Part shown: one piece after another, positions 41,005-53,020 of the stretch
Numbering within the stretch: position 1 is the stretch's first letter
How the letters are laid out: every line of letters starts with the position of its first letter
NCBI GenBank assembly: GCA_965637545.1
Contig: OZ281501.1
Location: forward strand, 1,054,001 to 1,118,000
Length of the DNA stretch: 64,000 nucleotides
From: Phallusia mammillata
Lineage: Eukaryota
Reading direction: 5' to 3'
Notes under the pieces: model-generated
Databases searched by the model: none
The model's input: only the letters and a program-made list of their open reading frames with translations
What the model was told of the DNA's origin: nothing
Made by a program: the position numbers and the translations under genes

Positions 41005-44000
41005 ATGCCATTGGGAAGCCCTTTGCCAGATGTTGTCATTCCTAAAGTCAACTTCAGTCATTATGTTTTGGATTTGTTGGGAAAGTATGGGGACGACGTT
41101 GCAGTGGTGAGCTGTAATCTTATTATGACTTGTTTCCTAAAAACCTTTGACTCGTCACCGAAGTTCTATCAGATAACAGATTTGCTGGATACCATAATAA
41201 TGTGTTACGTCTTGATGTCAGATTATGCAAATGTATGAAAAACCTGTGTTTATGATGCGTATCTTTCTGTTATCTGTGCGTACAGGACGTTTTATTGAGC
41301 CAGCTAACCTACGGCCTGCTTCAGAATACAATAAAGCGCATGTAGAAACACTTAATACTTGAACATGCTTAAATACTAAACACTTAACAGGGTGATTTTG
41401 CACAATTATACTTCGTCATAACCAATCTTTGCACCGAAGTTAACTTTGCCTCCCATCGCTGCAAGATAATTAAAAGGTAACTGGGGTTCACCATGAAAAT
41501 GGCAATTTCTGTCATGGTCTGGCTAAATCATTAGCCACTTAAATTCGTCATTGCACAAATGGCTATTAGTAACTATTGATGTGCGTAAGTTTAAGGCAGC
41601 TGAACCTCACTTGGAGCCACCATGATAATGGCGAATTTTGTCCATGGCGTGGCTAAATCATTGGTAACCAAAATTTGTACAAATAACCCTTGGTAACCTT
41701 CGAACTACGATGTTTAAAACAGTTTCAAGTCACTGGGGGCGATCATGGACATTGTCAACTTGATTGTACTGTGGCCACATGTACCTTTGCACTAGTAACC
41801 GGTAGTAACCTTTGTATTTAGATTGATGAAAGCGACGGAGCCAAATCTTACACGTATCGTCAAATACGAGAGAACATAATCAAATGTGCGAGTGCGTTCA
41901 ACAAGCTCGGCATCAAGAAGGGTGATGTGGTGGCAACTTGTTGTGGAAATTGTGCAGCTTACCCGGTGGTTTTTGTTGCCAGTGCAACTTGTGGGTCAAT
42001 AATGTCCACGTGTAACCCGATTTACACGAAAGGTGCGTGCATTACATAAACTTGGACAGCTTTACTAGTACTTTATTAAAACACACTTTCAAAGATCCAC
42101 TTTTTATGGTAAACGTTAAAAAAGTATAAGTAAACATCGCCTTTTGCCTTCTTAGATGAAATACTAAAACAGTTCGTCCAATCTCAACCAAAGGCGGTTT
42201 TCGTAAACGATGAGAATTACGACACAATGGTTGAAGTTGCGAAAGTGGTCAGATCCATCAAGGCAAGTTTACTTGTTTTTGTTTATTTTCAAACTACTGA
42301 CTTGTTACTTCATTCAGATATAGCTGTTTTAGAAATAAATTTTGGTAAAACTATACACGGATCTTTTCATAAGTCTAATGACGAATATACCGGCCCAAAT
42401 AGAATAAAAAGCGACATTATCTCATCCCTAGGGCAATTTTTTGCAACTTTTTTTACAGCTTCCGGCAGCTTCCTAAATACTCAGAATTTATGTAGTATGA
42501 TGTTATAAGCTGTTTGTGAGAATTTTATGTTGCAACTTTTTGCAACTTTTTTCTATTTTTCACGCAACTTGTTACTGCAACTTTTATCAAGTATTGCGCA
42601 AAATGTAAGGAAGTGATTTAATTGCAACTTTTATCAAGTATTGCGCAAAATGTAAGGAAGTGATTTAATTGCAACTTTTTACTGCAACTTTTGTTAAAAT
42701 TAAGTGCAACTTTCTCACGATTTTAGTGCAACAAAAACTTGCCCTACTTATCACTGATGATGGCATGAGCATTTGCCGAAACGTTTCAAAAATAAAGCAT
42801 GTCGCTTTTTACCTCTATGTGGACTGTTGTATTCGTTAGTTATCTCAAAGATTTTTTTTTTAATTTTTCATTTTAAATTTCCGCAGAATCTTTATCTAAA
42901 TTCCACAACGCCTCTAAACCAACTTTCTATACTGACATTGTGCAACATTTCGAATTTTGTTCAAGTCACTGCAATGACTACTTTTAACTTTTATATGCAC
43001 ATAAACTCATGTGTGTAAAAAACAATTATCTGATAAGAACATTTGATTTGCAGTATATATTCTCGGTGGACAGCAATCAACGTTGTACGTCGTTTCATGA
43101 TCTCATCAGCAAAGCAAGCACTAGAGGTCAGTACAGCGCGCTTGACACGTCACAGACAAATAAGAGAAAGCATATCTCGTTGCGGTAGAGCTACTAACAT
43201 AAGGACGCACAATAGACAAGGTTTGCTAAATACCGATGGATGGCTCAAAGAGCAAAGGTATATTTATTAACAGTGAGCCTGAGATGAGGTTAAGAACTAA
43301 ATTTAACGTTTGGAACTTACTTTATGAGGCAATTTTGTTGTTATTACTGGTATAAAGCTTCATCCCAATCCTAAAAGCCCAAACCGTCTGCGTTTAAACA
43401 CATTTTTTTAAACATTGCCCATTGCTCTTTGCGCCACCTGTCGATATTTAGAAATCTTTTCGAACATGAGTTATACGTCAACAGGAATCATATCTCTCTT
43501 TGCAGATTTCCCGCGCAACGTGAAAATCTCACAGGATGACGTATTGTTGCTACCCTACTCAAGCGGAACGACGGGTTTGCCGAAGGGTGTAATGTTGACT
43601 CATGGAAATGTGGTTTCCTGCCTAACTATTGTCAGGTAGGCGGCCCACTTCAGAAAGGTCTGCTTAATGTAATTCACTGAACTCAGAACCGATACGAGTT
43701 TACAAACCACCTTTGATTGTGAAGTCAACCCTAACAATTACTTTCAAATGAATTTATTTTAAATCAGCGTGTCACTTTTCTGGACATTTGTAGCGTTTAT
43801 AAACAGTTTTGAACTAACATATTGCAACAAAAGTTTTTCACTGTTGTGCACTCGACCTTAACGTTTACTTTCAAACGACCACATTTTAAATTAGTTTTAA
43901 GTTTCCAGAACATTTGCAGCGTTTATACACAGCTTCGAGCAAATGTATCAAGAAAATGAAGTTTTCCGCTGTCTTTAACAGTTATTGGCTATAAGCAGTG

Positions 44001-47000
44001 GTGGAATTCAGCCGGTTTGTACCGGTTCTATAGAACCGTCTCACATTTTATAAGATCAGCGAACCGGTTAGCATTACTCGTTACTGTATATAGCATTTTT
44101 GTAACAGAACCGGCTGAAAAATATGACTTTTGTGATAGACCGGCTGACAAAAAAATTGAATCGCACCACTGGCTATGAGTATATTACTTGTTTAGCTTTA
44201 TGCCCTGAAATAATATGCATATAACTTCACGTAAATCATAAAAAGGTAATCACAAAAGTGTCTCTATGGATGGGCCCTTGCGATTTCTATCTTCAGAAGA
44301 TTGTTTTTCAAGGTCTGTTATCCGCCTCTGTCGGCTGGACATAATATACATGGTTCTGCCGATGTTTCATATCTACGGCGCTACAGGGACGATCTTTTGT
44401 CTGATACAAGGAATCAAAATAATCATCGAGTCCAGATTCGACATGGTCAGCATGCTGCAGAAGATTGAAAAGTACAAGGTGAACGAAATATCAACTCGTA
44501 TACTTGAAAATGTGTCGAATGGAAGTCATATTTTTCAACTCAATGAGACAACACATTTGTCATAACAATGAATATAAGTTTATAATGATTCAAAAGGCAT
44601 GCAAATTTAATTGCCATTTTTCGTACAATGGCAAGTTCTTTTAAAGCACATATCAATCAACGTGTGCCCGATATTTTGGTTGTGCAATTTTAAGTCTTAT
44701 TCTCATATCAAACAGCATAATATGTCACGAGACCAGCACGCCGGCAAATTCTTTTCAAATTCCCCGCAGGTGACGTCATTCAGTGCGGTCCCACCCATCC
44801 TTGTAGCGATGGACAAAATGCCACTGGCTGATCATTTCGATTTGTCGTCGCTGGGTGAGGTCGGTTGCGGTGCTGCTCCTCTACCTGACGGTGTTGCTGA
44901 ATCTGTAGCAAAGAAATACAATTTCACAATTGGCCAAGGTAAAGTGGATGATAATAGTGAATTTTATTCCGTTGTTTGTTGCAAAACTTTTGCAAGGCAG
45001 GAAAAATTCAAGTGTGTCATCAAAGCACCGTTTTTGGGTGCAACTTAATAAAGTTTTAACTTTGAAGCTTTTGAACAACGTCAGAACCTCATTTTTGTCT
45101 TATTTGAGGGACAAATTAATAATCACAAAACTTTTGAGCTGCAGATTAAATTATTTGAACAAGTCAAAGCTTTTGAATCAGTGCGCTGCAAAGAAACCCA
45201 TTTTGTTGGTTTCCCGTAGGAACACAACTTTGAGAATTACTGGTTTATACATAACATTTCACAAGCCTTAACCAAGACAGCAGGATTCCAATTTGACCAA
45301 TTTAGATTTAAAAAGTTACTTAAAAAATACTTAATTAAACGCAACAAAAATCGTCTGTAATTCGTCTATGACGTCACAATGAAATTTTGCGCGTTTGGTT
45401 TTAGGTAGTTTCTAGTGAGTTTAAAACGCATTTTTCACACAGGTTGGGGGTTGACTGAGGCGGTCCCAGCAACTTCAACTTTTACTCCGAACTTCCCAAC
45501 AAAGTCGGTGGGAATCGTGGTTCCAAACACCCTGTTGAAGGTATCCCGGAGTATATTACTGTCACAACCAGTAAACCCAAGGCTGGGCAATGCTATATGA
45601 CGTCATAAGTGTCAGCGTAACAATGCGTTTGTGTGGTATTGCAACATGTTTTGGGTGTGGTCGCCATTCTATTGAATACAGTTGAACTGGAAAGGCCTAT
45701 TTTTTGGTTATCTCTAAACGCTGACCTTGAGAAAAGTTACGCACGTCGCACTTGTGTGTCTAACTGCATACAAGTACGCGACAATTCTGGGGGCTCGTCC
45801 GGGATCTACAAATTAAATAAAAGTTTAGTTTGGATCCAATTTATGTGCGTATCAGCAGACCTCTTGTAAGCAGCATGGAGAAACTATTAGAGATGGGAAA
45901 GCAAATGGAACTTTCTGGCGAAAGTTTGATGAAGTTCGTAGCTGATCAGCAGGCTCAAGAACGCGAAGAAAGGCGTTTGGTCAGAGAAGCTGAAACCGAT
46001 AAGGAAGCAAAGGTTCTTGCACAGAAAGAATGTGAACTTGAATTAAAGAAACTCGAGGTGCAGCTTGCACAAGTGAACAGCGACAGACAGGAAGTAGCTG
46101 TTGGAAGCAGAGCAAAAGTGCCCAAGTTACCGGTATTTGTTGACGGTAAAGATGAGCTTGATAGCTATTTGTTACGGTTTGAAAGGTTCGCCACAAATAG
46201 CAGTTGGAAGCAAGAAGAGTGGGCTACAGCGTTAAGCGCGCTACTCACGGGGAGAGCTCTAGAAGTCTACTCACGACTTTCGGATACTGACGCGGTTGAT
46301 TATCGCCGGTTAAAGCATGCCTTACTAAATCGGTACGATCTTACGGAAGAAGGCTACCGTATGAAATTCAGAATGGCAAAGCCCGAGGAACATGAGAGTC
46401 CGGAGCAATTTGCCGTGAGGATTCAGAGTTATCTAAACAAATGGGTAAAGCTTTCTGGCCATAACACAGATTGGAGCGAATTGAGTGATTTGTTTGTCAA
46501 GGAGCAATTCCTGAAATCTTGTCCGGAGGACTTGTCTGTGTACATTAGAGAACAAGCGCCTAAAACGCTAAACAATCTGACGACAGTCGCCGAACAATTT
46601 TTAACAGCGCACAACCGAAAGTTGGCTGGAGATAAGGAAAAGAAAGTTGTCGAGAGAGCGAGAAAGTGCTTTATTTGCGATAAAGTGGGGCACATTGCGA
46701 AGGACTGCAGGTCACGTGCATACCCACCAAATCCGCCAAAAGTGTCTTGCGCAAAAGCACAAGGTAAAATGACGTTTGGTCGACGGAATACCACACGTTT
46801 GCCGCTTGTTGAAGGTCGAGTTGGTCGACATAAAGTAACGGCACTTAGAGACACTGGATGCACTGGAATCTTGGTCAACAAAAAGTTTGTGGATGACGAT
46901 CAGATTCTGGATAAGCACGGGTCTATCGAGTTAGCCGACGGCAAGTTGGTCAAAGCCAAGGTGGCTAAAATTACAGTAAGTACTCCATATTACAGCGGTG

Positions 47001-50000
47001 AAGTGGAGGCATGGTGTCTGCCCAACACGGCACACGATTTGTGCATCGGAAATGTTGCTGGTGCAAGAGAAGCCGACGATCCAGATGTGGCGTGGGGAAA
47101 AGTATGTGCAGTTACTACGAGGGCCCAGAAGGAAAAGAGTAAAAGAAAGGACAAACCTCTCGTAGTACCGGTTTGCGAAGAGTGGCCGGTTACGGACAGT
47201 GATGGATTTAAAAGCGCACAGCGATGTGACAAGTCTCTTGACGATTTGCGGGACCGTGATGAGGAAATGGTAAGAGGGCAGCAAATAACAAAGTTTGTGA
47301 CCACAGACGGACTGCTTTATCGGGCGTATTTGCACCCCAACGTAAATGAAGGAAATTGGTTAAGACAGCTGGTTGTACCCGTTTCTCTGCGAAGTAGAAT
47401 TATGCAAGTTGCTCATGACTCGATCATGGGGGGACATTTGGGAATAAAAAAGACATGTGACAAGATTATGCAGAGCTTTTACTGGCCGGGCATACGAGAC
47501 GACGTCCGACGTTTTTGTCGGTCATGTGACATTTGCCAAAGGACAATTAGTAAAGGAAGCGTACACAAGGTGCCCCTACAGAGTCAACCTCTAATTGATG
47601 TTCCATTTAAGAGGGTGGCAGTGGACCTCGTCGGACCTATTTATCCAACGAGTGCGGAAGGACACCGTTACATTTTAACAGTGGTCGATTACGCAACACG
47701 TTATCCGGAGGCAGTGGCGCTTAAGAAAATCACGGCAGAATCGGTTGCTGAGGCTTTGGTGGATATGTACAGCAGGCTAGGGATTCCGGATGAAATTTTG
47801 AGTGATTTGGGGACTCAATTTATATCGGAATGCATGAAAGAGACCGAACGGCTCCTCATGATCAAACACCTAACAACTACACCGTACCATCCCATGTGTA
47901 ATGGCCTCGTTGAAAAATTCAATGGCACGCTAAAGCGAATGCTGAAGAGGTTGTGTAGCGACCAGCCTGAGCAATGGAATAGGTATATAAACGCGTTGTT
48001 GTTCGCATATCGCGAGGTTCCACAAGAGGCTACAGGTTTCTCGCCGTTTGAGCTTGTTTATGGAAGGACAATTCGTGGTCCAATGGCAATTTTGCGCGAG
48101 ATGTGGACCAACTCAGCCACTATTCCTGAAGTGAAAACAAGTTATCAGTACGTCATTGATTTAAAGAAACGGATAGAGACGACAATAGCGCTGGCGAGGG
48201 AAGAGTTGGACAAGTCACATGTGAGATACAAAAGGCACTTCGACAAGAAAACAAAGCCGCGAAAGCTTACAGTAGGACAACAAGTGTTGTTACTTCTGCC
48301 AACCGATAACAACAAGCTCCTAATGCAGTGGAAAGGACCATTCACGGTGATTGACAAAGTCTCCGTTAATGATTACGTACTAGACGTCAATGGAAAGCGT
48401 AGGACCTTTCACATCAACATGTTGAAGGTGTATGTGTCTCGGAATGACACGCCTGTTGCACGTACAGAAGATGTCCCAATAGATACTCAACAGGGGCAAG
48501 TGGGTAGCTGCAAATGTCCTGAAGATCCTTCATTCAAATTTGGGGAAAGGCTGACAAGAGATCAAAAGACCGAGGTTAGGGATCTCGTGAGAAGCTACGA
48601 AGAGATATTTAGTGACGTTCCTGGTGAAATGGATTTTACCGAACACCGTATTCAGCTGACTGACAATAAGTCAATTCGTTCAAAACCATACGCAGTACCT
48701 TACAAACTGCGGGATGGTCTCCAAAAGGATATTGAAGATATGCTGGATAAGGGTATTATTCAGAGATCGCAATCAGCATACGCTTCACCCGTGGTCATCG
48801 TCAAAAAGAAAGATGGTTCAAATCGAATCTGCATCGACTACCGGAAGTTAAATAGGGTGACTGTGTTGGATAACGAACCAATGCCAACTGTGGATGAAGT
48901 GTTTCATGAGTTATCGACCAGCAGGTACTTTACAAAGATTGACCTGACAAAGGGTTATTGGCAAATCCCCGTTGCCGAACAGGATATCTACAAAACAGCA
49001 TTCGTAACTCACTGTGGAACATACGAATTTCTAAAAATGCCATTTGGCATGGTAAATTCTGGTGCAACGTTTGTTCGCGCCATGCGAATCCTCTTGGACG
49101 GGTTGGACAATACGGAATGCTACATCGATGATGTGTTGGTTCATACAGAGACGTGGGGAGATCACGTGGCCGCGTTGAAAAGGCTGTTTGCTCGTTTAAA
49201 GTCAGGAAACGTTACAGTAAAACCTGAAAAGTGTATCGTTGGTGCAGACGGGGTCGACTTTCTGGGTCACTACGTGCACGCAGGGACCATTGGATTGAAC
49301 GACGAGAATGTTGAGAAAATTCGAAATGCAAACCGTCCTACTACTAAGAAACAGGTCCGCTCATTCTTAGGTTTGGCTGGATATTATCGGGACTTTATCC
49401 CAGGTTTCTCGGAAATAGCTGCGCCTCTGACGGACCTTACAAGAAAAGGTTCACCTAACGATGTTATTCTGGGGCCACTGGAAAAGACGGCATTCGAGAA
49501 ATTAAAGGAAAAGCTGGTCAACAAGCCCATCTTACACCTGGCAGATAAGAAGAAGATGTACATACTTCGCACCGACGCTTCAAATGTCGGCCTCGGATGC
49601 GTTTTGTTGCAACGGCATGGAAACGAAGTGTTCCCAGTGAGCTATGCCAGCAGGCGGCTGACTAAAGCCGAGGAGTCATATTCCACAATAGAGAGAGAAT
49701 GTCTCGCTATAGTGTGGGCCATTAAGAAATTTAAAGTGTATATTTACGGAGGCGAATTTATTTTGCAAACTGATCACCAGCCTCTTGTGTATTTAACGTC
49801 GGCACGATATACAAATGACCGAGTAATGCGGTGGGCGATGTCGCTTCAAAATTATCGTATTACGTATGAAAGTATAAAAGGATGTGACAATGTTGGCGCC
49901 GACTATTTAAGTCGCATTTACTAAGTTGTGGTTTGTCGTTATATTTCGTTCTCTTGGCGTTGTGATTTCTTTGTTGCAAAAATCATAGATTTTGCTTAAA

Positions 50001-52649
50001 TGGGGGGTAATGTCACAACCAGTAAACCCAAGGCTGGGCAATGCTATATGACGTCATAAGTGTCAGCGTAACAATGCGTTTGTGTGGTATTGCAACATGT
50101 TTTGGGTGTGGTCGCCATTCTATTGAATACAGTTGAACTGGAAAGGCCTATTTTTTGGTTATCTCTAAACGCTGACCTTGAGAAAAGTTACGCACGTCGC
50201 ACTTGTGTGTCTAACTGCATACTAGTACGCGACAATTACGTTTTCAAACACACAGGGGCTATATTGTACCTCTCGCTTTAGGTGATTCACCCCGAAACTG
50301 GGAAGGAACTTGGCGTGAATGAAGATGGAGAATTGTGCTTGAAGGGGCCACAGGTCAATCAAAACACATAGAATTTAGTTTGTTTCGCATGGTAATAGAA
50401 ATCATAAACAATCTCAACCAACCCATCATTACGTACAACGACTGATATTTATAAAATAAATTTTAAATCCTGGTGATCTGATTCTGTCAATCTTTCCCTA
50501 ATCTGTTACCATTGTTGTAACGGTTTTACCTTTTGTACTATAAATTCCATTTTAATAAGGCACTGAAGACGCTTTCACTACCAAAATACATTTGTTCTAA
50601 ATGAGATAGCTTATAACCAATTTTAACCAAAAAATAAACGTTTGCAAACTAGTGATATAAAACATCAATGTAACTTTTTGAAAATATTTTTTGAAGTAAT
50701 TTTGTCAGAACAGACATACCGTATATACTCGCGTATAGGTCGCAACTTTTTTCCTTTTATTTAAAAAAAAATATATAGGTGCGACCTATCCGCTCGACAT
50801 AAGTGCAAATCGCCACCAAGTCGGAACAAAATTGAAAGTTTTCGGCTATTGCAAGTACCGTATTTTCCGGTCAGCTTATTAGGCGGATATAACGTATTTA
50901 TTCGAGTATAACACGCAAAATTTCATACTAATTTTCAATAAAAAATTACGGGTGCGCGTTATAGACGCGAATTGTAGTGGAAATGTGCTATCGAATACGG
51001 GTGCATGCGCTCGTGCACGCACATACCAATGCGAGACAGTTTCAAGAGCGCACACGCACATGCGTCAGCTCATTTTGCGTTGGATTTTCCCGCTTTGTTG
51101 AGAAAACATAGTTTTGCGGTTTCAATGGAATGCAGTTCAATGGTAAAAAACAACCAATTGCACCAGTTATTTATGCAAAAAAGCTGGGCTAAGGGCCTTT
51201 TAAATCCCTAGATTTTCAGTGCGACTTATGTGCGAGTCAACTCTAAATTACACTTTTTTGACACAAAACTAATAGTGCGACCTATACGGTGGCGCGACCT
51301 ATAGGCGAGTATATACGGTAAATATTTTTAATTAAGTTATTGACATGTGTTTCGCCTTTTTTATCAAATTGTAGGAAAAGGTTTGCAAGAAGAAGTTACA
51401 TATGCACCATAACGTTAAAACAACAACTTGTGTTTCTTAAATAGGTAATGAAGGGTTATTACAAGAACCAGAAGGCAACTGACAACTGTATTGACCGAGA
51501 AGGATGGCTTCACACTGGTGACATAGGGCATTATGACGACAGAGGATTTGTGTACGTCATAGACCGTATTAAGGAGCTAATTAAGTACAAAGGCTTTCAG
51601 GTACATTGTTGTTATTGGGGTTTAAGGCAGTGGTGGCATTTAGTCGGTTTGCACCGGTTCTTAAGAACCGTCTCACGAAATTTTAGGAGATCAGCGAACC
51701 GGTTAGCATTACTGGTTACTGTTAATAGACTTTTTGTAAAAAAACGGCTGAAAAAATATGACTTGTGTGAAAAAAAAATTGAACCCCACCACTGGTTTAA
51801 GGTCGACTTGTTTTCATTTAATTTAACAAGGAGTTTTTCAGGCGAGATTATAGCGTTTGTCAAACTGTTTGGGAGGAAAATTTCAACTAAATTGTTATAA
51901 CCCCAGATTGTCTCCACAAAACTATCTAAGTTATGTCAGGACGGTTAGCAGTACAGCAATTACCTATTTTTCACTTTTTAAATTTAAGTTAAAAAAATCA
52001 ATTGTCGTAGGTTTAGCAATAACGAACTGGGTAATTCTATGTTGTTGTTTTTTAGAAAATTTTACTGCCCTTTTTGGTGTTTTTAAACTTTTAGGTAGCC
52101 CCAGCTGAATTAGAGGAATTGTTATTGCGCCACCCAATGGTGGGTGACGTGGGGGTCATTGGTGTCCCCGATTCTGAAGCTGGGGAAGTACCCAAAGCTT
52201 ACGTTGTCAAAAAAGATGAAGCACTTACAGAACAGGCTATACATGATTTCCTAAAAGGTAACTGCGTTGTTTTTAATCCTAAGGTAATTGTGATTTTGAA
52301 CATAAGTAAAAGAAATAATAAATAGTTTACCACTTAAAGTTACATTTTAAGCAAATACTCTAAGTTTGTGACGTATTTCATACCTTTTACCTCACGATTT
52401 TTAACCCACTTTTACAAGTAGTAATAGCAATCCCCCTTATTTTTCCTTGAAAGCAAAACATGTTACCGTTAAAACACAAACCACCAGAGTAATGGCATGT
52501 ATTTTTCAGACAAGGTATCAAAGTACAAGTACATTCGTGGTGGAATTACATTTATTGATGCAATCCCAAAGACAGTAAGTGGAAAAATACTTCGAAAAGA
52601 CCTAAGAGAGATGGACAAGCAAAGAAGAACAACTGAATCGAAGATGTGA
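41005..52649 (+). CDS. G9: luciferase/4CL-like acyl-CoA synthetase, 12 exons, 528 aa, intact, C-terminal PTS1 (SKM)
   Basis: Exons 41005-41106,41822-42032,42156-42262,43054-43126,43506-43635,44313-44478,44770-44938,45443-45540,50282-50353,51445-51600,52095-52257,52510-52649. Sum 1587 nt. Intron 3 has a GC donor (AAG|GCAAGT); intron 8 contains the LTR element; ends RTTESKM*. Confidence 0.92.
42429..42746. mobile_element. MITE-like element with GCAACTTTT repeats and an internal 47-bp tandem duplication
   Basis: TIR TAGGGCAA / TTGCCCTA; candidate TSD CTCATCCC/CTTATCAC (6/8); 47-bp unit repeated at 42576 and 42623. Confidence 0.6.
42747..42791 (+). ncRNA. Hammerhead motif with intact core and disrupted P1 (G9 intron 3)
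   Basis: CTGATGA T GGCA-tgagcatt-TGCC GAAA CG TT; P1 (ttatca/tcaaaa) has two mismatches. Confidence 0.5.
43996..44171. mobile_element. hAT-type MITE (G9 intron 5)
   Basis: TIR CAGTGGTGGAATTCA / TGAATCGCACCACTG; TSD GCTATAAG/GCTATGAG; same family as 51628-51794. Confidence 0.82.
45560..45783 (+). repeat. 5' LTR
   Basis: TGTCACAACC...GTACGCGACA; contains the palindrome TATGACGTCATA. Confidence 0.97.
45788..45805 (+). promoter_or_regulatory. Primer binding site, tRNA-Pro
   Basis: TGGGGGCTCGTCCGGGAT, 4 nt after the 5' LTR; the 18-nt complement of the canonical tRNA-Pro 3' end. Confidence 0.92.
45875..49924 (+). CDS. Gag-Pol polyprotein: SCAN-like capsid, CCHC knuckle, protease, integrase, reverse transcriptase, RNase H
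   Basis: First ATG at 45875 (about 1349 aa). In order: [12 protein letters not shown] (SCAN-like), [25 protein letters not shown] then VAVDLVGP (integrase), CYIDDVL (RT), [11 protein letters not shown]...ADYLSR (RNase H). Confidence 0.96.
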   Translation: MEKLLEMGKQMELSGESLMKFVADQQAQEREERRLVREAETDKEAKVLAQKECELELKKLEVQLAQVNSDRQEVAVGSRAKVPKLPVFVDGKDELDSYLLRFERFATNSSWKQEEWATALSALLTGRALEVYSRLSDTDAVDYRRLKHALLNRYDLTEEGYRMKFRMAKPEEHESPEQFAVRIQSYLNKWVKLSGHNTDWSELSDLFVKEQFLKSCPEDLSVYIREQAPKTLNNLTTVAEQFLTAHNRKLAGDKEKKVVERARKCFICDKVGHIAKDCRSRAYPPNPPKVSCAKAQGKMTFGRRNTTRLPLVEGRVGRHKVTALRDTGCTGILVNKKFVDDDQILDKHGSIELADGKLVKAKVAKITVSTPYYSGEVEAWCLPNTAHDLCIGNVAGAREADDPDVAWGKVCAVTTRAQKEKSKRKDKPLVVPVCEEWPVTDSDGFKSAQRCDKSLDDLRDRDEEMVRGQQITKFVTTDGLLYRAYLHPNVNEGNWLRQLVVPVSLRSRIMQVAHDSIMGGHLGIKKTCDKIMQSFYWPGIRDDVRRFCRSCDICQRTISKGSVHKVPLQSQPLIDVPFKRVAVDLVGPIYPTSAEGHRYILTVVDYATRYPEAVALKKITAESVAEALVDMYSRLGIPDEILSDLGTQFISECMKETERLLMIKHLTTTPYHPMCNGLVEKFNGTLKRMLKRLCSDQPEQWNRYINALLFAYREVPQEATGFSPFELVYGRTIRGPMAILREMWTNSATIPEVKTSYQYVIDLKKRIETTIALAREELDKSHVRYKRHFDKKTKPRKLTVGQQVLLLLPTDNNKLLMQWKGPFTVIDKVSVNDYVLDVNGKRRTFHINMLKVYVSRNDTPVARTEDVPIDTQQGQVGSCKCPEDPSFKFGERLTRDQKTEVRDLVRSYEEIFSDVPGEMDFTEHRIQLTDNKSIRSKPYAVPYKLRDGLQKDIEDMLDKGIIQRSQSAYASPVVIVKKKDGSNRICIDYRKLNRVTVLDNEPMPTVDEVFHELSTSRYFTKIDLTKGYWQIPVAEQDIYKTAFVTHCGTYEFLKMPFGMVNSGATFVRAMRILLDGLDNTECYIDDVLVHTETWGDHVAALKRLFARLKSGNVTVKPEKCIVGADGVDFLGHYVHAGTIGLNDENVEKIRNANRPTTKKQVRSFLGLAGYYRDFIPGFSEIAAPLTDLTRKGSPNDVILGPLEKTAFEKLKEKLVNKPILHLADKKKMYILRTDASNVGLGCVLLQRHGNEVFPVSYASRRLTKAEESYSTIERECLAIVWAIKKFKVYIYGGEFILQTDHQPLVYLTSARYTNDRVMRWAMSLQNYRITYESIKGCDNVGADYLSRIY
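50011..50234 (+). repeat. 3' LTR
   Basis: Identical to the 5' LTR except TACAAG vs TACTAG near the end; preceded by the polypurine tract AAATGGGGGGTAA (49998-50010). Confidence 0.97.
50719..51318. mobile_element. pogo/Tigger-type (Tc1/mariner) MITE, 600 bp (G9 intron 9)
   Basis: TIR CCGTATATACTCGC-TATAGGTCGC at both ends, flanked by TA; a second TACCGTATTTTCC-type end is nested near 50857. Confidence 0.8.
51628..51794. mobile_element. hAT-type MITE (G9 intron 10)
   Basis: TIR CAGTGGTGG / CCACCACTG; perfect 8-bp TSD GTTTAAGG; internal sequence homologous to 43996-44171. Confidence 0.85.
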
Positions 52650-53020
52650 TTCGTTTTAACATAGTTGCCATTAATTTATTATCGTGATTTTATTTTGTGG
52701 TTTTTGATTTCGCTTTTGCGATTGCAATATAATTTTAAAAGAAGAATAACTTGAACTGGCTAAAATGCCCGAGGAATTTTCATAAAAAATCTATTACAGG
52801 CTCCTAACCTAAAATTAAATCGAGCGTAATGGCGAAAACAATTGAATTAGGAATGATTTAACAACCTCATAGTAAAGCCAGATTGTGTAGTTAGTAATAC
52901 TTTTATTAAGCTAAACAAAAGCACTTATAATAGCTACATGCGTTTGGCCGTGGGCTGTGGCTTATTAAACATTCAAAAATAGCTTGCAACATTAAATATG
53001 ACAAAAACAAGAAAAGTTTT

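Larger units (their letters stand above)
45560..50234 (+). mobile_element. Full-length Gmr1-like Ty3/gypsy LTR retrotransposon (4675 bp)
   Basis: 224-bp TG...CA LTRs at 45560-45783 and 50011-50234 (one mismatch); 5-bp TSD ATTAC (45555-45559, 50235-50239); PBS; PPT; single uninterrupted gag-pol ORF. Confidence 0.97.

Noticed and set aside
43080-43115. Hammerhead-like CTGATGA...GAAACG on the minus strand in G9 exon 4
   Set aside because: Only 6 nt between the core halves, with no P2 or P1 pairing; a chance match in coding sequence.
45633-45869. Duplicated 65-78 aa ORFs (45633 and 50084) as genes
   Set aside because: They are readings of the two LTRs.
45830-45874. TTG start of the polyprotein from the ORF track
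   Set aside because: Eukaryotic element; the first ATG is at 45875.
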